The position numbers were made by a program, and so were the translations under genes. Below, piece by piece: positions 21,682 to 31,718 of a DNA stretch of 64,000 nucleotides (the first letter of the stretch is position 1; each line of letters opens with the position of its first letter). The DNA comes from Desulfomonilia bacterium (GTDB taxonomy: Bacteria > Desulfobacterota > Desulfomonilia > UBA1062): contig CAXXDQ010000005.1 in assembly GCA_963664325.2 (NCBI GenBank), forward strand, positions 1-64,000, written 5' to 3'. The notes beneath the pieces are model-generated. The model was given only the letters and a program-made list of their open reading frames with translations, did not search any database and was not told where the DNA came from.

Positions 21682-23004
21682 ATGCAGGTTATTAAAAGAA
21701 TATTTTCAATACTTATAAAAATTCTCGGGCTGAGACTGGCGGGCGAGGCAGTTATGAGAATTTTTGTCGAATGGCCGCTCAAAACGTCTTTCTACGGTTC
21801 CATCTCCAGGGAGGATGTGCGGTCATGCCAGGCCAGGCATGGCGTCAAGGCCTCAAGCGGATATGGCTGGATTCATCTTGGCTGGGTGGCTGACCCAGAC
21901 AGGGAGATCTACAGGATAGAAAAATACCGCAGCGGAAAATGGGAAACCGCCGGAAGCGCCGAATACGGCTCTTTCCATGCAAATGAGGGCGGGAAATTCA
22001 GGGTTTTTGGAATTCCCCGGAAATGCGGCGCAGAACATTTAATAGGTGAAGCCGAAGTCGAAATCCTGAAAGGCACGGCACCTGTTTACAAGCCGGTAAT
22101 AGAGGGAGAATGGAGAACGCTTTTTAAACCGGGCATTCATGGCGATTATATAAACGACCATGCCGTTTACCGTGATGATAAAGGTTTCTGGCGCCTGGTC
22201 GGCATCACAAGCAAAACCAGAGGAGACTTTAGCAAAGAGAAATATTTTGCGGCCGGGGTGAGCAGGGAATTCCCGCCTGATAAAGGCATGAGCGAGACCC
22301 TGCCTGTTGCGGATTTTGGAGAGCTTGCATGGGCACCGCACGTGATAAAAGAAAACGGCATCTACTATATCTTCTGGTCTCCTCACAGGCTCGAGCGGAT
22401 GACATCCGGGGACGGCGTTGTGTGGGAAAACAGGGAAACCGTTATCAGTAAACCGTTTCACAAGTTTTTCCGTGACGCCATGATTCTCAGGGTTGCAGAC
22501 GGCCAGTGGCTTCTTTATACAACGGCGCGCGGGCGCTTCTTTTCCAGAGTCGACATCTACCAGTCGTTCGACCTGAAGGGCTGGCAGTATATAGGGCCGG
22601 CTCTCAGCTCCTCATGGGGAAGCGAAAGGAACTCGCCGTTTGCATCTACCGAATCGCCTTTTGTCATGGAGTATAAAGGCGGTTATTATCTTTCAATCAC
22701 CTACAACAACGGCACTGCCTTCTGGCACGGACTGCTCCTGCCTTTTAAAATATGGTTCGATAAGCCCTCCTACAACGATACGCTCATCTTTCATTCAAAG
22801 AACCCTTACTGTTTCGGATGCTATAAAGGCAGGAAAAACACTCTTTCACTTGTTGCAGGGCTTGAGGCGCATGCACCGGAATATGTCAATGTGCCTGAAA
22901 AAGACGAGTGGTACATCACCACGTGCGGCTGGCCCTGGGTAGCGGCAATCACGAAAGGCGAGGCGGCTGTGGCCCGGATTGTCTGGCGGGAGATCAAGGG
23001 GTGA
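21682..23004 (+). CDS. Five-bladed beta-propeller glycoside hydrolase (GH43/GH32-like)
   Basis: YINDH, WAPHVI, FRDAMI, TESPFV, HAPE. Confidence 0.6.
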   Translation: MQVIKRIFSILIKILGLRLAGEAVMRIFVEWPLKTSFYGSISREDVRSCQARHGVKASSGYGWIHLGWVADPDREIYRIEKYRSGKWETAGSAEYGSFHANEGGKFRVFGIPRKCGAEHLIGEAEVEILKGTAPVYKPVIEGEWRTLFKPGIHGDYINDHAVYRDDKGFWRLVGITSKTRGDFSKEKYFAAGVSREFPPDKGMSETLPVADFGELAWAPHVIKENGIYYIFWSPHRLERMTSGDGVVWENRETVISKPFHKFFRDAMILRVADGQWLLYTTARGRFFSRVDIYQSFDLKGWQYIGPALSSSWGSERNSPFASTESPFVMEYKGGYYLSITYNNGTAFWHGLLLPFKIWFDKPSYNDTLIFHSKNPYCFGCYKGRKNTLSLVAGLEAHAPEYVNVPEKDEWYITTCGWPWVAAITKGEAAVARIVWREIKG

Positions 23005-23032
23005 AGCCGGGTGTCATATGAACAACGGATAA

Positions 23033-23545
23033 ATGGACGAACATTCTTTGCATGACAAGGTAATATGCCGAATAGGAGAAATGCTCGTAATTTCCGGCAG
23101 GTTGTGGCCGGAAAAATGCGGCAGGCTTGAGATGCCCCTGATCAGATATACATTAAAGGGAAAGACGGCTGGGAAGGCATGGCTTCTAAAATGGGAGATA
23201 TCGCTCAATCCTCATATGGCAGCCCTAAATGGAGACAGGTTCATAATGGAAACCGTTACCCACGAGATGGCACATCTGATTGCCCACAAACTCAATTTTA
23301 AAGACAGGCCGCACGGCCGGACATGGGAATCGGTCATGACTGCATTCGGGCAGACTCCGAAAAGACTTCACGATTTTGATGTATCCGGTATTAACAGCAT
23401 GAGGAAACCGCAGCCGAGATTTCTCTATGCATGCAGATGCAGGGAGCATCACATAACCAGAACCAGGCACAACAGGATTTTAAGAGGCGCGGAATATAGA
23501 TGCCTTTACTGCAAAGGCGTTCTTGAGCCCTTTAACAAATCATAA
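23033..23545 (+). CDS. sprT: SprT family zinc metalloprotease
   Basis: GKTAGKA, HEMAHL, PHGRTW, YACRC, YRCLYC. Confidence 0.8.
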   Translation: MDEHSLHDKVICRIGEMLVISGRLWPEKCGRLEMPLIRYTLKGKTAGKAWLLKWEISLNPHMAALNGDRFIMETVTHEMAHLIAHKLNFKDRPHGRTWESVMTAFGQTPKRLHDFDVSGINSMRKPQPRFLYACRCREHHITRTRHNRILRGAEYRCLYCKGVLEPFNKS

Positions 23546-23605
23546 CAGGATAAATACAAGAAATCGGTACAACGGGGATATACCCTGTTAATGTAGGATG
23601 TTCCA

Positions 23606-24349
23606 GTGCGGCCTTCCTTGACTTTTAAAACCGAGACGAGTATCAATCCCGTTATGTTTTGGAGCATGACTAGCTTTCTGGGAACCTCCTCTTATATAAT
23701 GATATTCATTGTACCACATATAATTACAGCATGGCTGGATCCCACGGCAAACACACCCCACATGATTGCACGCTACTGGGCAAGGTGGACCCTTTTCTGC
23801 GCCAATGTGAAAGTGGGTGTTGAAGGTGAGGAGAATATACCTGCCGGGGCAGCTATATACATGTCAAACCATGTGAGCAATTTTGATGTCCTTGCCATAC
23901 TCGGCTATCTGAATGTCCAGTTCAGATGGACGGTTAAGAGGGAACTTTTCCGGATTCCTCTGTTCGGCCTGGCCATGAAAAAATGCGGCTATATCATGGT
24001 TGACAGGGTCAATCATGAGAAGGCAGTTGAGAGCATGCGCATCGCATCGGATAAGATCCGATCGGGCACGTCGATCTTTATTTTTCCGGAAGGGACCCGT
24101 TCCGATGACGGCAAGCTGCAGTTTCCGTTCAAAAAAGGAGGGTTTCATCTGGCCCTTGATTCGGGTAAGCCGGTTGTCCCTGTAACAGTCTGCGGTACAC
24201 ATAAAATTCTGCCTAAAGATTCGGTTAAGGTCAGACCGGGTAAGATAGATATCAAGATTGGCAAGCCTATAGACACCAAAGGATATGATGTGTCTGCACT
24301 TATGCAGGCGGTATACGATTCCATTGAGAAAGGCTTTGATAATCGATGA
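23606..24349 (+). CDS. plsC: 1-acyl-sn-glycerol-3-phosphate acyltransferase
   Basis: NHVSNFD, FPEGTRS, FKKGGF; alternative start ATG at 23654. Confidence 0.88.
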   Translation: MRPSLTFKTETSINPVMFWSMTSFLGTSSYIMIFIVPHIITAWLDPTANTPHMIARYWARWTLFCANVKVGVEGEENIPAGAAIYMSNHVSNFDVLAILGYLNVQFRWTVKRELFRIPLFGLAMKKCGYIMVDRVNHEKAVESMRIASDKIRSGTSIFIFPEGTRSDDGKLQFPFKKGGFHLALDSGKPVVPVTVCGTHKILPKDSVKVRPGKIDIKIGKPIDTKGYDVSALMQAVYDSIEKGFDNR

Positions 24350-25605
24350 TAACCGATATCATATACAGATGTCCTGAATGCGGTGTTATGGACTGGTGCA
24401 GGGACGGGAAATGCATCTCCTGCGGAGCGGCCCTTGAGCTTGTGAGCAGGAACGAAGTTTCAATCAACGGTGAAATAATGTCCATCGGAGACTGGTACGA
24501 CAGGGTGCAGTCTTTCGATATTGATATGCCGGAATCTGGACCGGTTTTAAAAAGCAAAAAAGTTAGGCTCTCGGAAGAAGGGACAAAGGGAATTTATACC
24601 GGTTATGCGGGAATAGTAAGCACTCATTATGTAAGGAAGCCCATCGGCGACGGCAGGCTTGAACTGTTTGGCGACAGGCTGGAATTCATAGGTGACGGGA
24701 CACCGGACAGGACACTCGTCATTGGCGACATGCTGGCGATGACCATAGAAAGCGATACCATCCAGATTGTAAGCCGTAGATATGGACCTCTCTTCTTCGA
24801 TTTCCTTGAGGAATCGGGCAAGAAATGGGAAGACTGCCTCAGGAGGATCATAAAAGACTATTATTCCGAGGATATTATCGAGTTCTGTCCGCGGATAAGG
24901 AGGCAGGGCTGGCTTGAAAGACCCAGACCTGCAGCAGGCCATGAAAAGCTCAGGGCTCCCGTCAGAACCTGGCGCAGGGCTGAACACCCGCTTTTCTTCG
25001 CACTCGCCAAACGCCTGATGAAGATTGCTTTAGGTACAGCCTTTAAAATAAAGGTGGAGGGCGTTGAAAACATACCAAAGAGCGGGCCGGTCGTCATGTT
25101 GCCCAATCATTCCTCTTTTCTCGATTCCATCATACTCGTGCCGTATTCACCGAGAAAGATATGGTTCATGGGAAAAAATTCGGAATACAAGTCGGAGATC
25201 CATAAATTTCTGATGGGGATTGCCGGAAGTTTCCCGGTCAGAAGATATACAACCGATTTCCAGGCGGTTCGTAACGCCGTACGCGTGGTTCAGGAAGGCC
25301 ATATGCTGGGCATATTCCCCGAAGGTGAGAGGTGCTGGGACAACAGGCTGCTGCCTTACAAAATCGGAACGATAAGGCTGATCCTTGCACTTGGCCATGA
25401 TGTAATTCCAGTAGGCATATCGGGCGCATATGCCCTGATGCCGCGCTGGACCCATGACATCAAGCGAGTGCCCATTACGATCAGGATTGGAAAACCGATT
25501 AACCTGGGACATATACCTGTGCCGAAGCAGACCATGAAGGATATCCGGGCGGCGTCGCAGAGTTTGAAAAAGGCCATGAACGAGCTGATAGGTGAAGTCT
25601 CTTGA
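24346..25605 (+). CDS. Lysophospholipid acyltransferase with an N-terminal Zn-ribbon region
   Basis: N-terminal CPEC...CISC; C-terminal NHSSFLD and IFPEGER. Confidence 0.75.
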   Translation: MITDIIYRCPECGVMDWCRDGKCISCGAALELVSRNEVSINGEIMSIGDWYDRVQSFDIDMPESGPVLKSKKVRLSEEGTKGIYTGYAGIVSTHYVRKPIGDGRLELFGDRLEFIGDGTPDRTLVIGDMLAMTIESDTIQIVSRRYGPLFFDFLEESGKKWEDCLRRIIKDYYSEDIIEFCPRIRRQGWLERPRPAAGHEKLRAPVRTWRRAEHPLFFALAKRLMKIALGTAFKIKVEGVENIPKSGPVVMLPNHSSFLDSIILVPYSPRKIWFMGKNSEYKSEIHKFLMGIAGSFPVRRYTTDFQAVRNAVRVVQEGHMLGIFPEGERCWDNRLLPYKIGTIRLILALGHDVIPVGISGAYALMPRWTHDIKRVPITIRIGKPINLGHIPVPKQTMKDIRAASQSLKKAMNELIGEVS

Positions 25606-27209
25606 GTTATGTAAGGATCATTCCCCTTGGCGGCGTCCGTGAATTCGGGCTCAATTCAACCGTTATCGAAACCAGCAGGGGCTCGGTTTTAATCGATGCC
25701 GGGCTTATGTTCCCCAGATACAACATCACCGGCGTTGACCAGATAGTCCCTGATTTCAGGTACGTGATAGACAATCAGGAGTCCTTCCAGGGTATCCTTC
25801 TGACGCATGGCCATGAGGACCATATAGGCGCACTGCCGTATCTTTTGAAAGATGCCCCGATACCCGTTTACGGACACGAGTTCACGCTCGAACTTCTCAA
25901 GCGCAAACTCAGGGAATTCGATATGGATGCCTCGGTCGACCTTATACCCCTCATGCCTGAAGAAACCATCACCATATCGGGTATGGACGTTAGAGCCATG
26001 GAGGTCATGCATTCGACAATGGGATGCTTCTCCTTCTCCCTGCTTACACCGCAGGGTTTGATAGTGCACTCAGGTGATTTCAGGCACACGCCCGAGGCCT
26101 ACGGCACACTTGAGGATGTAAGACTTTTCCTCTGTGAATCCACAAACGCTGAGGCCGAACCCGTGGGCAAAGACGAAGCGACAGCCCTGGCGAATTTGGA
26201 AACGATCGTCAGCGAAACGCAGGGAGCGGCCATAGTATCAACCTTCTCAAGTCATGTCAGGCGTATCCAGTCACTCTATGATATAGCGGTGAGGAACGGC
26301 AGAAAGGTCTGCATAATAGGAAGGAGCATGAACGAGGTTGTCGAGATAGCCTCTGATACCGGCTTTCTGAAGATGGAGCCGCATCTGCTGGTGGACCCGG
26401 ACCTTGTAGCCTCGACTGACCGCAGTAAATTGATGATCATATGCACCGGTGCGCAGGGGGAAATCTATTCGGCACTTTCGCTTATATCCAGGGGCTGGCA
26501 CAGGTACAAGGTCCGGCCCGGCGACAACGTCATTCTCTCGGCCAGGATAATACCGGGAAACGAGTTTGCCATAGGCCGATGCATAGACTCCCTGCTGGAG
26601 TTCGGGGCAGGGGTGTACTACCAGGGCACTTCGTATGTGCATGCAACGGGCCATGCAACGCATGACGAGATGAAAAAGGCGCTTAATATGTTGAAGCCCG
26701 AGATCATGATGCCTGTCCACGGGGAATTCAGGCATATGAAGGCGCTCGGCGATATGGCCGTCTCCATGGGGGTAAGCGATGTCGTCAATGCAAGGCCGGG
26801 CCAGGTATGGACCCTGACTGAAGCAGGGATAAACCTGACCGGAGAAGCGCCGTGCGGCAAATGTTTTGTTGACGGCGAACTGACCGGGGATATAAGCGAT
26901 GTCGTATTGAGGGACAGGAGGCATATCTCCGAAGGCGGGCTGGTTGTAGCATTTGCGGTATTTGACGATAACACGTCAAACCTTGTATTCGGTCCCGATG
27001 TAATGTGCAAAGGGCTGGTGCCGGCGCCGATGGAGCAGGAAATCATGGATGACATGAGAAGGATTGCGAAAGATACGCTCACCGTAAAACTCAGGGGCGA
27101 GCACGATACACAGGCGATACAGGGCTATCTGCGCGAAGAGCTCAGCCGGTATCTAAGGGGCAGGCTCAAAAAAAAGCCCATGATTATCCCTATCATTATG
27201 GAGATATAG
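25602..27209 (+). CDS. rnj: Ribonuclease J
   Basis: PLGGVREFG, THGHEDHIGA, HSGDF, ESTNA, GAQGE, PVHGEFRH; TTG start. Confidence 0.92.
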   Translation: MSYVRIIPLGGVREFGLNSTVIETSRGSVLIDAGLMFPRYNITGVDQIVPDFRYVIDNQESFQGILLTHGHEDHIGALPYLLKDAPIPVYGHEFTLELLKRKLREFDMDASVDLIPLMPEETITISGMDVRAMEVMHSTMGCFSFSLLTPQGLIVHSGDFRHTPEAYGTLEDVRLFLCESTNAEAEPVGKDEATALANLETIVSETQGAAIVSTFSSHVRRIQSLYDIAVRNGRKVCIIGRSMNEVVEIASDTGFLKMEPHLLVDPDLVASTDRSKLMIICTGAQGEIYSALSLISRGWHRYKVRPGDNVILSARIIPGNEFAIGRCIDSLLEFGAGVYYQGTSYVHATGHATHDEMKKALNMLKPEIMMPVHGEFRHMKALGDMAVSMGVSDVVNARPGQVWTLTEAGINLTGEAPCGKCFVDGELTGDISDVVLRDRRHISEGGLVVAFAVFDDNTSNLVFGPDVMCKGLVPAPMEQEIMDDMRRIAKDTLTVKLRGEHDTQAIQGYLREELSRYLRGRLKKKPMIIPIIMEI

Positions 27210-27300
27210 ATGTCTGTATTCCAGTGTGCGATGGAATTGAATACTGTTCACGGATTTGCCGAGATTTTATTTCCTGATGTTTTCATGTAATAACAAATCT

Positions 27301-29505
27301 ATGCCTAAGAAAGTAAAAAGTGATATCAATATAAAAAAGATAGCTTCTATATCAATGGGTGCGCTTGCCCTCTTCCTGCTCCTTGCTCTCGTCTCATACA
27401 AAGCAACCGATCCGGGCTTTACCCATGCTTCAGACACCAGCAACATCTACAACTATATGGGGCTTATCGGGGCTTATATTGCCGACGGGCTCTATCTGAT
27501 ATTCGGCCTCGGGGCCTTCCTTATTCCTTTAATGATCGCCGAGTATGCCTGGCTTACCTTCAGAGATATCAAGATAGGGATAATAAAGGGTATCAGCAGC
27601 ATTGTAATGTTTTTCGTAATACTGAGCCTTATCGGCGTTTTCTCGGGTGAGGCAGGCATCTTCGAAGGTTCGGTCAAGGCGGGCGGTTTAATAGGGCTGG
27701 TTGTCGGGAAGGGGCTGAGGGCATACCTGAAGACTTGGGGATCGCTTGTCGTACTCCTGACGATGTTTTCTGCGGCGCTCGTGCTCGGTTATGACCTGAA
27801 GAATGCATGGGGCGCAATCAGAAGCCTCATCATGCTCGACAGACCTGTTATAACCCGGCCTGAAAAGAAGGCGCGCAACGAACCGGGTGATGAAAGTGTC
27901 GAGCCTGAAAAGCCGAAGGAAATCAGGCAGGATAAAAAGAAAAAGGAGCCCCAGATATCCAGGCTTGATTCGGAAAAGACAAAGGTAAACGAAAAATTTG
28001 AGCAGGCGAAGCTTGCATTTGAAGGCGATTATGAACTGCCGCCGCGATCCCTTCTCAGGGAAGCCCAGAATACCGGCAAGGAAATGACCGCCAAGGAACT
28101 GAATGCGAACGCCGAACTTATAACGGCCAAACTCAGGAGTCTCAACATTGAAGGGGAAATCCTGCAGATAAGGCCGGGTCCGCTGATAACCATGTATGAA
28201 TTCACCCCTGCGCCCGGGATAAAAATCAACAGGATCGTATCTCTGGCCGACGACCTTTCAATGGCGTTGAAGGCCTCGCCCGTAAGGGTGGTTGCGCCTA
28301 TACCGGGTAAAAATGCAGTTGGAATAGAAGTGCCCAACAAAAACAGAAGAACTGTTTTCTTAAAGACGATTATAGCCAGCAGCGCTTTCGTTAACGCCAC
28401 TTCACTTCTTACGGTAGGGCTTGGTACGGATATAGAGGGTGCGCCCATTGTCATAGACCTTGCCAAGATGCCGCATCTCTTGATCGCCGGGGCGACGGGC
28501 ACCGGAAAGAGCGTCGGGCTCAACACCATGATACTCTCTCTGCTTTACCGGTGCTATCCGGAAGAAATAAAATTCATAATGATTGACCCGAAGAGAATCG
28601 AACTGTCCCATTATGAAGGCATTCCGCACCTTCTGCATCCTGTCGTTACGGATTCGAGGGAGGCCCTGCCCATACTCAAATGGCTGATCACCGAGATGGA
28701 AATGCGCTACCAGCTCTTTAAGGAGATGACCGTCAAGAGCCTGGACAGCTACAACAAGAAAGTAAGATCACAGGATAAGAACGCCCAGACGACGCTCGCT
28801 GTAAGGCATGAAGACGGCTTCCCACATGGCATCCTGCCCAGGCTTGTACTGGTGGTGGACGAGATGGCCGACCTTACGATGTCGAACCGCGAAACCCAGG
28901 AGTTTATAATAAGGCTTGCGCAGATGGCGCGCGCGGCGGGGATACACCTGATCATGGCGACTCAGAGGCCGTCTGTCGATGTCGTAACCGGCCTTATCAA
29001 GGCCAACTTCCCGTCCCGCATATCCTTCAGAGTATCCCAGGGAGTCGATTCGAGGACTATCCTTGACAGCAACGGCGCCGAGCAGCTCCTCGGAAACGGC
29101 GATATGCTGTTCCTTTCCCCTGGTCACCAGGGGCTTATGCGCATACACGGCGCCTTTGTTACCGAAGAGGAAGTGGACAGCGTCGTAAATTTCATAAAGG
29201 ACCAGAAAGGCCCTGACTATGTGCCGGATATTGAGGAGCACATAAAGGCCCAGGTCACAGATGATAACGATAATGACGATGCGGGTGGCGATATCGATGC
29301 AGTTTATGATGAGGCCCTGGAGTTTGTAACTCAGAAGGGCAGCGCTTCCATATCGCTCATTCAGAGGCGTTTCAGAATAGGCTACAACAGGGCTGCAAGG
29401 ATTATTGAGCAGATGGAGAGAGAAGGTGTGGTGGGACCGTCCGATGCGGCGGGCAAACCGAGAAAGGTGCTGGTGAAACCATATGGCAAAGAAATGGATG
29501 AGTAG
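27301..29505 (+). CDS. ftsK: DNA translocase FtsK
   Basis: N-terminal TM segments; PHLLIAGATGTGKS, ATQRPSVDV, gamma domain IGYNRAARIIE. Confidence 0.95.
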   Translation: MPKKVKSDINIKKIASISMGALALFLLLALVSYKATDPGFTHASDTSNIYNYMGLIGAYIADGLYLIFGLGAFLIPLMIAEYAWLTFRDIKIGIIKGISSIVMFFVILSLIGVFSGEAGIFEGSVKAGGLIGLVVGKGLRAYLKTWGSLVVLLTMFSAALVLGYDLKNAWGAIRSLIMLDRPVITRPEKKARNEPGDESVEPEKPKEIRQDKKKKEPQISRLDSEKTKVNEKFEQAKLAFEGDYELPPRSLLREAQNTGKEMTAKELNANAELITAKLRSLNIEGEILQIRPGPLITMYEFTPAPGIKINRIVSLADDLSMALKASPVRVVAPIPGKNAVGIEVPNKNRRTVFLKTIIASSAFVNATSLLTVGLGTDIEGAPIVIDLAKMPHLLIAGATGTGKSVGLNTMILSLLYRCYPEEIKFIMIDPKRIELSHYEGIPHLLHPVVTDSREALPILKWLITEMEMRYQLFKEMTVKSLDSYNKKVRSQDKNAQTTLAVRHEDGFPHGILPRLVLVVDEMADLTMSNRETQEFIIRLAQMARAAGIHLIMATQRPSVDVVTGLIKANFPSRISFRVSQGVDSRTILDSNGAEQLLGNGDMLFLSPGHQGLMRIHGAFVTEEEVDSVVNFIKDQKGPDYVPDIEEHIKAQVTDDNDNDDAGGDIDAVYDEALEFVTQKGSASISLIQRRFRIGYNRAARIIEQMEREGVVGPSDAAGKPRKVLVKPYGKEMDE

Positions 29506-30103
29506 TATTATTGTACCTGCATTTGTTTTGATATTCGGAACCGGTGCGTTTGCAGCGGGGATTGATGACATACAGAAGAGGTATTCCGCATACAAGGATT
29601 TTGATGCGACCTTTACCCAGAGCACATACCAGGTGATTCTTAACAAAACCATAGATTTTACGGGGAAGGTCCTGTTCAAGAGACCCGACGGCGTACGCAT
29701 GGATGTCTATAAACCGCAGAAGCAGATTATAATCCTTAAAGGCAACAAGCTCGTCGTGGCGCTGCCGGATGAAAAAACGATGGCCGTGGAGGAGGTTCCG
29801 AAAGAGATAGCCACCCAGAATCTCCTGTCATTCATTGCCGGGATGTCGAGCCTTGACAAGGGATACAACGTAAAACAGGAAAAAGACCATATCGTGCTCA
29901 ATCCCAAAAAAGGTACGGGTGAGATCAGCATATGGGCTGATGAAAACAGCATCATCAGACGTGTGAAGCTGATCGATTCGATGGGAAACAAGAGCGATAT
30001 TCAGCTTAGTGGTTACAGGTTCAATATCGGCCTTAATGACAACCTGTTCAAGACGCCGGAAGTCAATGCCGCGACAGAGGATAAAAAATCTCCCGGAAAC
30101 TGA
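29483..30103 (+). CDS. lolA: Outer-membrane lipoprotein carrier protein
   Basis: Signal peptide; ATFTQ, G.V.FKRP, FNIGL...LF; directly downstream of ftsK. Confidence 0.8.
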   Translation: MAKKWMSSIIVPAFVLIFGTGAFAAGIDDIQKRYSAYKDFDATFTQSTYQVILNKTIDFTGKVLFKRPDGVRMDVYKPQKQIIILKGNKLVVALPDEKTMAVEEVPKEIATQNLLSFIAGMSSLDKGYNVKQEKDHIVLNPKKGTGEISIWADENSIIRRVKLIDSMGNKSDIQLSGYRFNIGLNDNLFKTPEVNAATEDKKSPGN

Positions 30104-30232
30104 AGCAGGATTTTAATTTGAACTTTCATTTTCCATTTATTTGATACTATAGTTTTGAATTCAATGGTTCCGGATGCTTTTGTTATGGATTGATTATCTG
30201 CATTTTGAATAATTACAGATAAGGGGAGTTGC

Positions 30233-31609
30233 ATGGAAGGAACAAAAAGCAATTTTAAAACAAGTTTCAAAACAAGGATGCTTTATTCACTTACAAGCCT
30301 GGGTATTTCAATTCATGGTGAAGCTATCAATAGCGGTATTGTAACATTTTTTGTGGTTGATACCTTAAGACTTTCAGCAGCGTGGTGGGGTATATTGGGA
30401 GTATTCATAGCGATATACCACGCTATTCTTACACCTCTTCTGGGATATGCCTCAGACAGGACAAAGTCAAGATGGGGCCGGCGAATCCCTTATGTTAAGT
30501 TTGGCATATACCCGTACGTGATTACATTTATTCTCATCTTCGCAATTCCCTTTAAGGGAAGAGATCATCCAATAGCATTACTTATCAGTTCCGGTTCATT
30601 GATGATAATATGGAATACCATTTATACCGCTCTTGCTACCGGTTATTACGGGTTGATGCCCGAGATGTTCACCGACTATATCGAAAGGACTGATGTTGCA
30701 GCAAAAATGAACATATTCCAGATAGTCGGCCTTTTTGTCGGTGTGGCGGTACCGCCAATACTGGCAGAAAAGATCGGGTGGCTGCCAATGGCGTTAACAC
30801 TGGGTTCGGTCGGTATAATTTCCATGTTTATAGGTAAAAGGGCATTGTTTGAAACTCACGATTCCAAAGAAATGGTTTATATACCATTTTTTAATGCCTT
30901 TAAGGTCACATTCTTCAACCGCAGTTTCTTGACGGCGGCGGTAGCTCAAGCCATGCGCTTTTTCAGTACCGGGATGTTGACAACCGGTATGTTCTTCTAT
31001 CTGAAATACAGCCTCAAAGTGGATACCGGCAATGCATCGACGATATTGGGTATTGCCTTCGTAACCGCCGCGGCAATGCTTTATCCGTGGAGGCAGTTCG
31101 TGGCCAACAAAACCGATTCCAGAGTCACGCTTATCCTTGCCGATATAGTAATGATTGCCGGAGTGACTGTTTTAGGGTTAGGCACTTCCCTGACAGTCGC
31201 TTATATTGCCGCCGTAATATTGGGGATTGGCCTTTCAGGTCTGGTTTTAAACGGCGATGTTATCACTTCAGAGGTGATCGATGAGGATGAGGTCAATACC
31301 GGGCTCCAACGCGCCGGTATGTACTTCGGGATGATGACTTTTCTTATCACCCTTAGCGGGGCTCTGAACTGGGCTATTTTCGGGTACATGATGCCTGCGT
31401 TCGGTTATGATACAAAACTGGATGTCCAACCTGCAAGTGTTGATGCGGGATTCCGGATGTTCATGACGATACCAACCATAATCGGGTTTGTATTATCCAT
31501 AATTGCACTCTATTTCTATCCTCTGCACGGGAAAAGGCTTAATGAAATAAAGGCTGCTCTTAAGGCAAAAGAAGAGGCCTCTGCTTCGGGAACCGGCATA
31601 AAACAGTAA
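30233..31609 (+). CDS. GPH family (MFS_2) glycoside:cation symporter
   Basis: GYASDRTKSRWGRRIPY, VIDEDEVNTG.QRAGMYFG, FYPL. Confidence 0.85.
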   Translation: MEGTKSNFKTSFKTRMLYSLTSLGISIHGEAINSGIVTFFVVDTLRLSAAWWGILGVFIAIYHAILTPLLGYASDRTKSRWGRRIPYVKFGIYPYVITFILIFAIPFKGRDHPIALLISSGSLMIIWNTIYTALATGYYGLMPEMFTDYIERTDVAAKMNIFQIVGLFVGVAVPPILAEKIGWLPMALTLGSVGIISMFIGKRALFETHDSKEMVYIPFFNAFKVTFFNRSFLTAAVAQAMRFFSTGMLTTGMFFYLKYSLKVDTGNASTILGIAFVTAAAMLYPWRQFVANKTDSRVTLILADIVMIAGVTVLGLGTSLTVAYIAAVILGIGLSGLVLNGDVITSEVIDEDEVNTGLQRAGMYFGMMTFLITLSGALNWAIFGYMMPAFGYDTKLDVQPASVDAGFRMFMTIPTIIGFVLSIIALYFYPLHGKRLNEIKAALKAKEEASASGTGIKQ

Positions 31610-31718
31610 AGGATGGCTGATGAAACAGACAGGCGGCATCCGGTAAATTTTCCAAAATATCCGGGCCGGCAAGGTTTGAAAAAGACTGATCCGGTTCCGG
31701 CCTGAATGTCCTAGTCTC

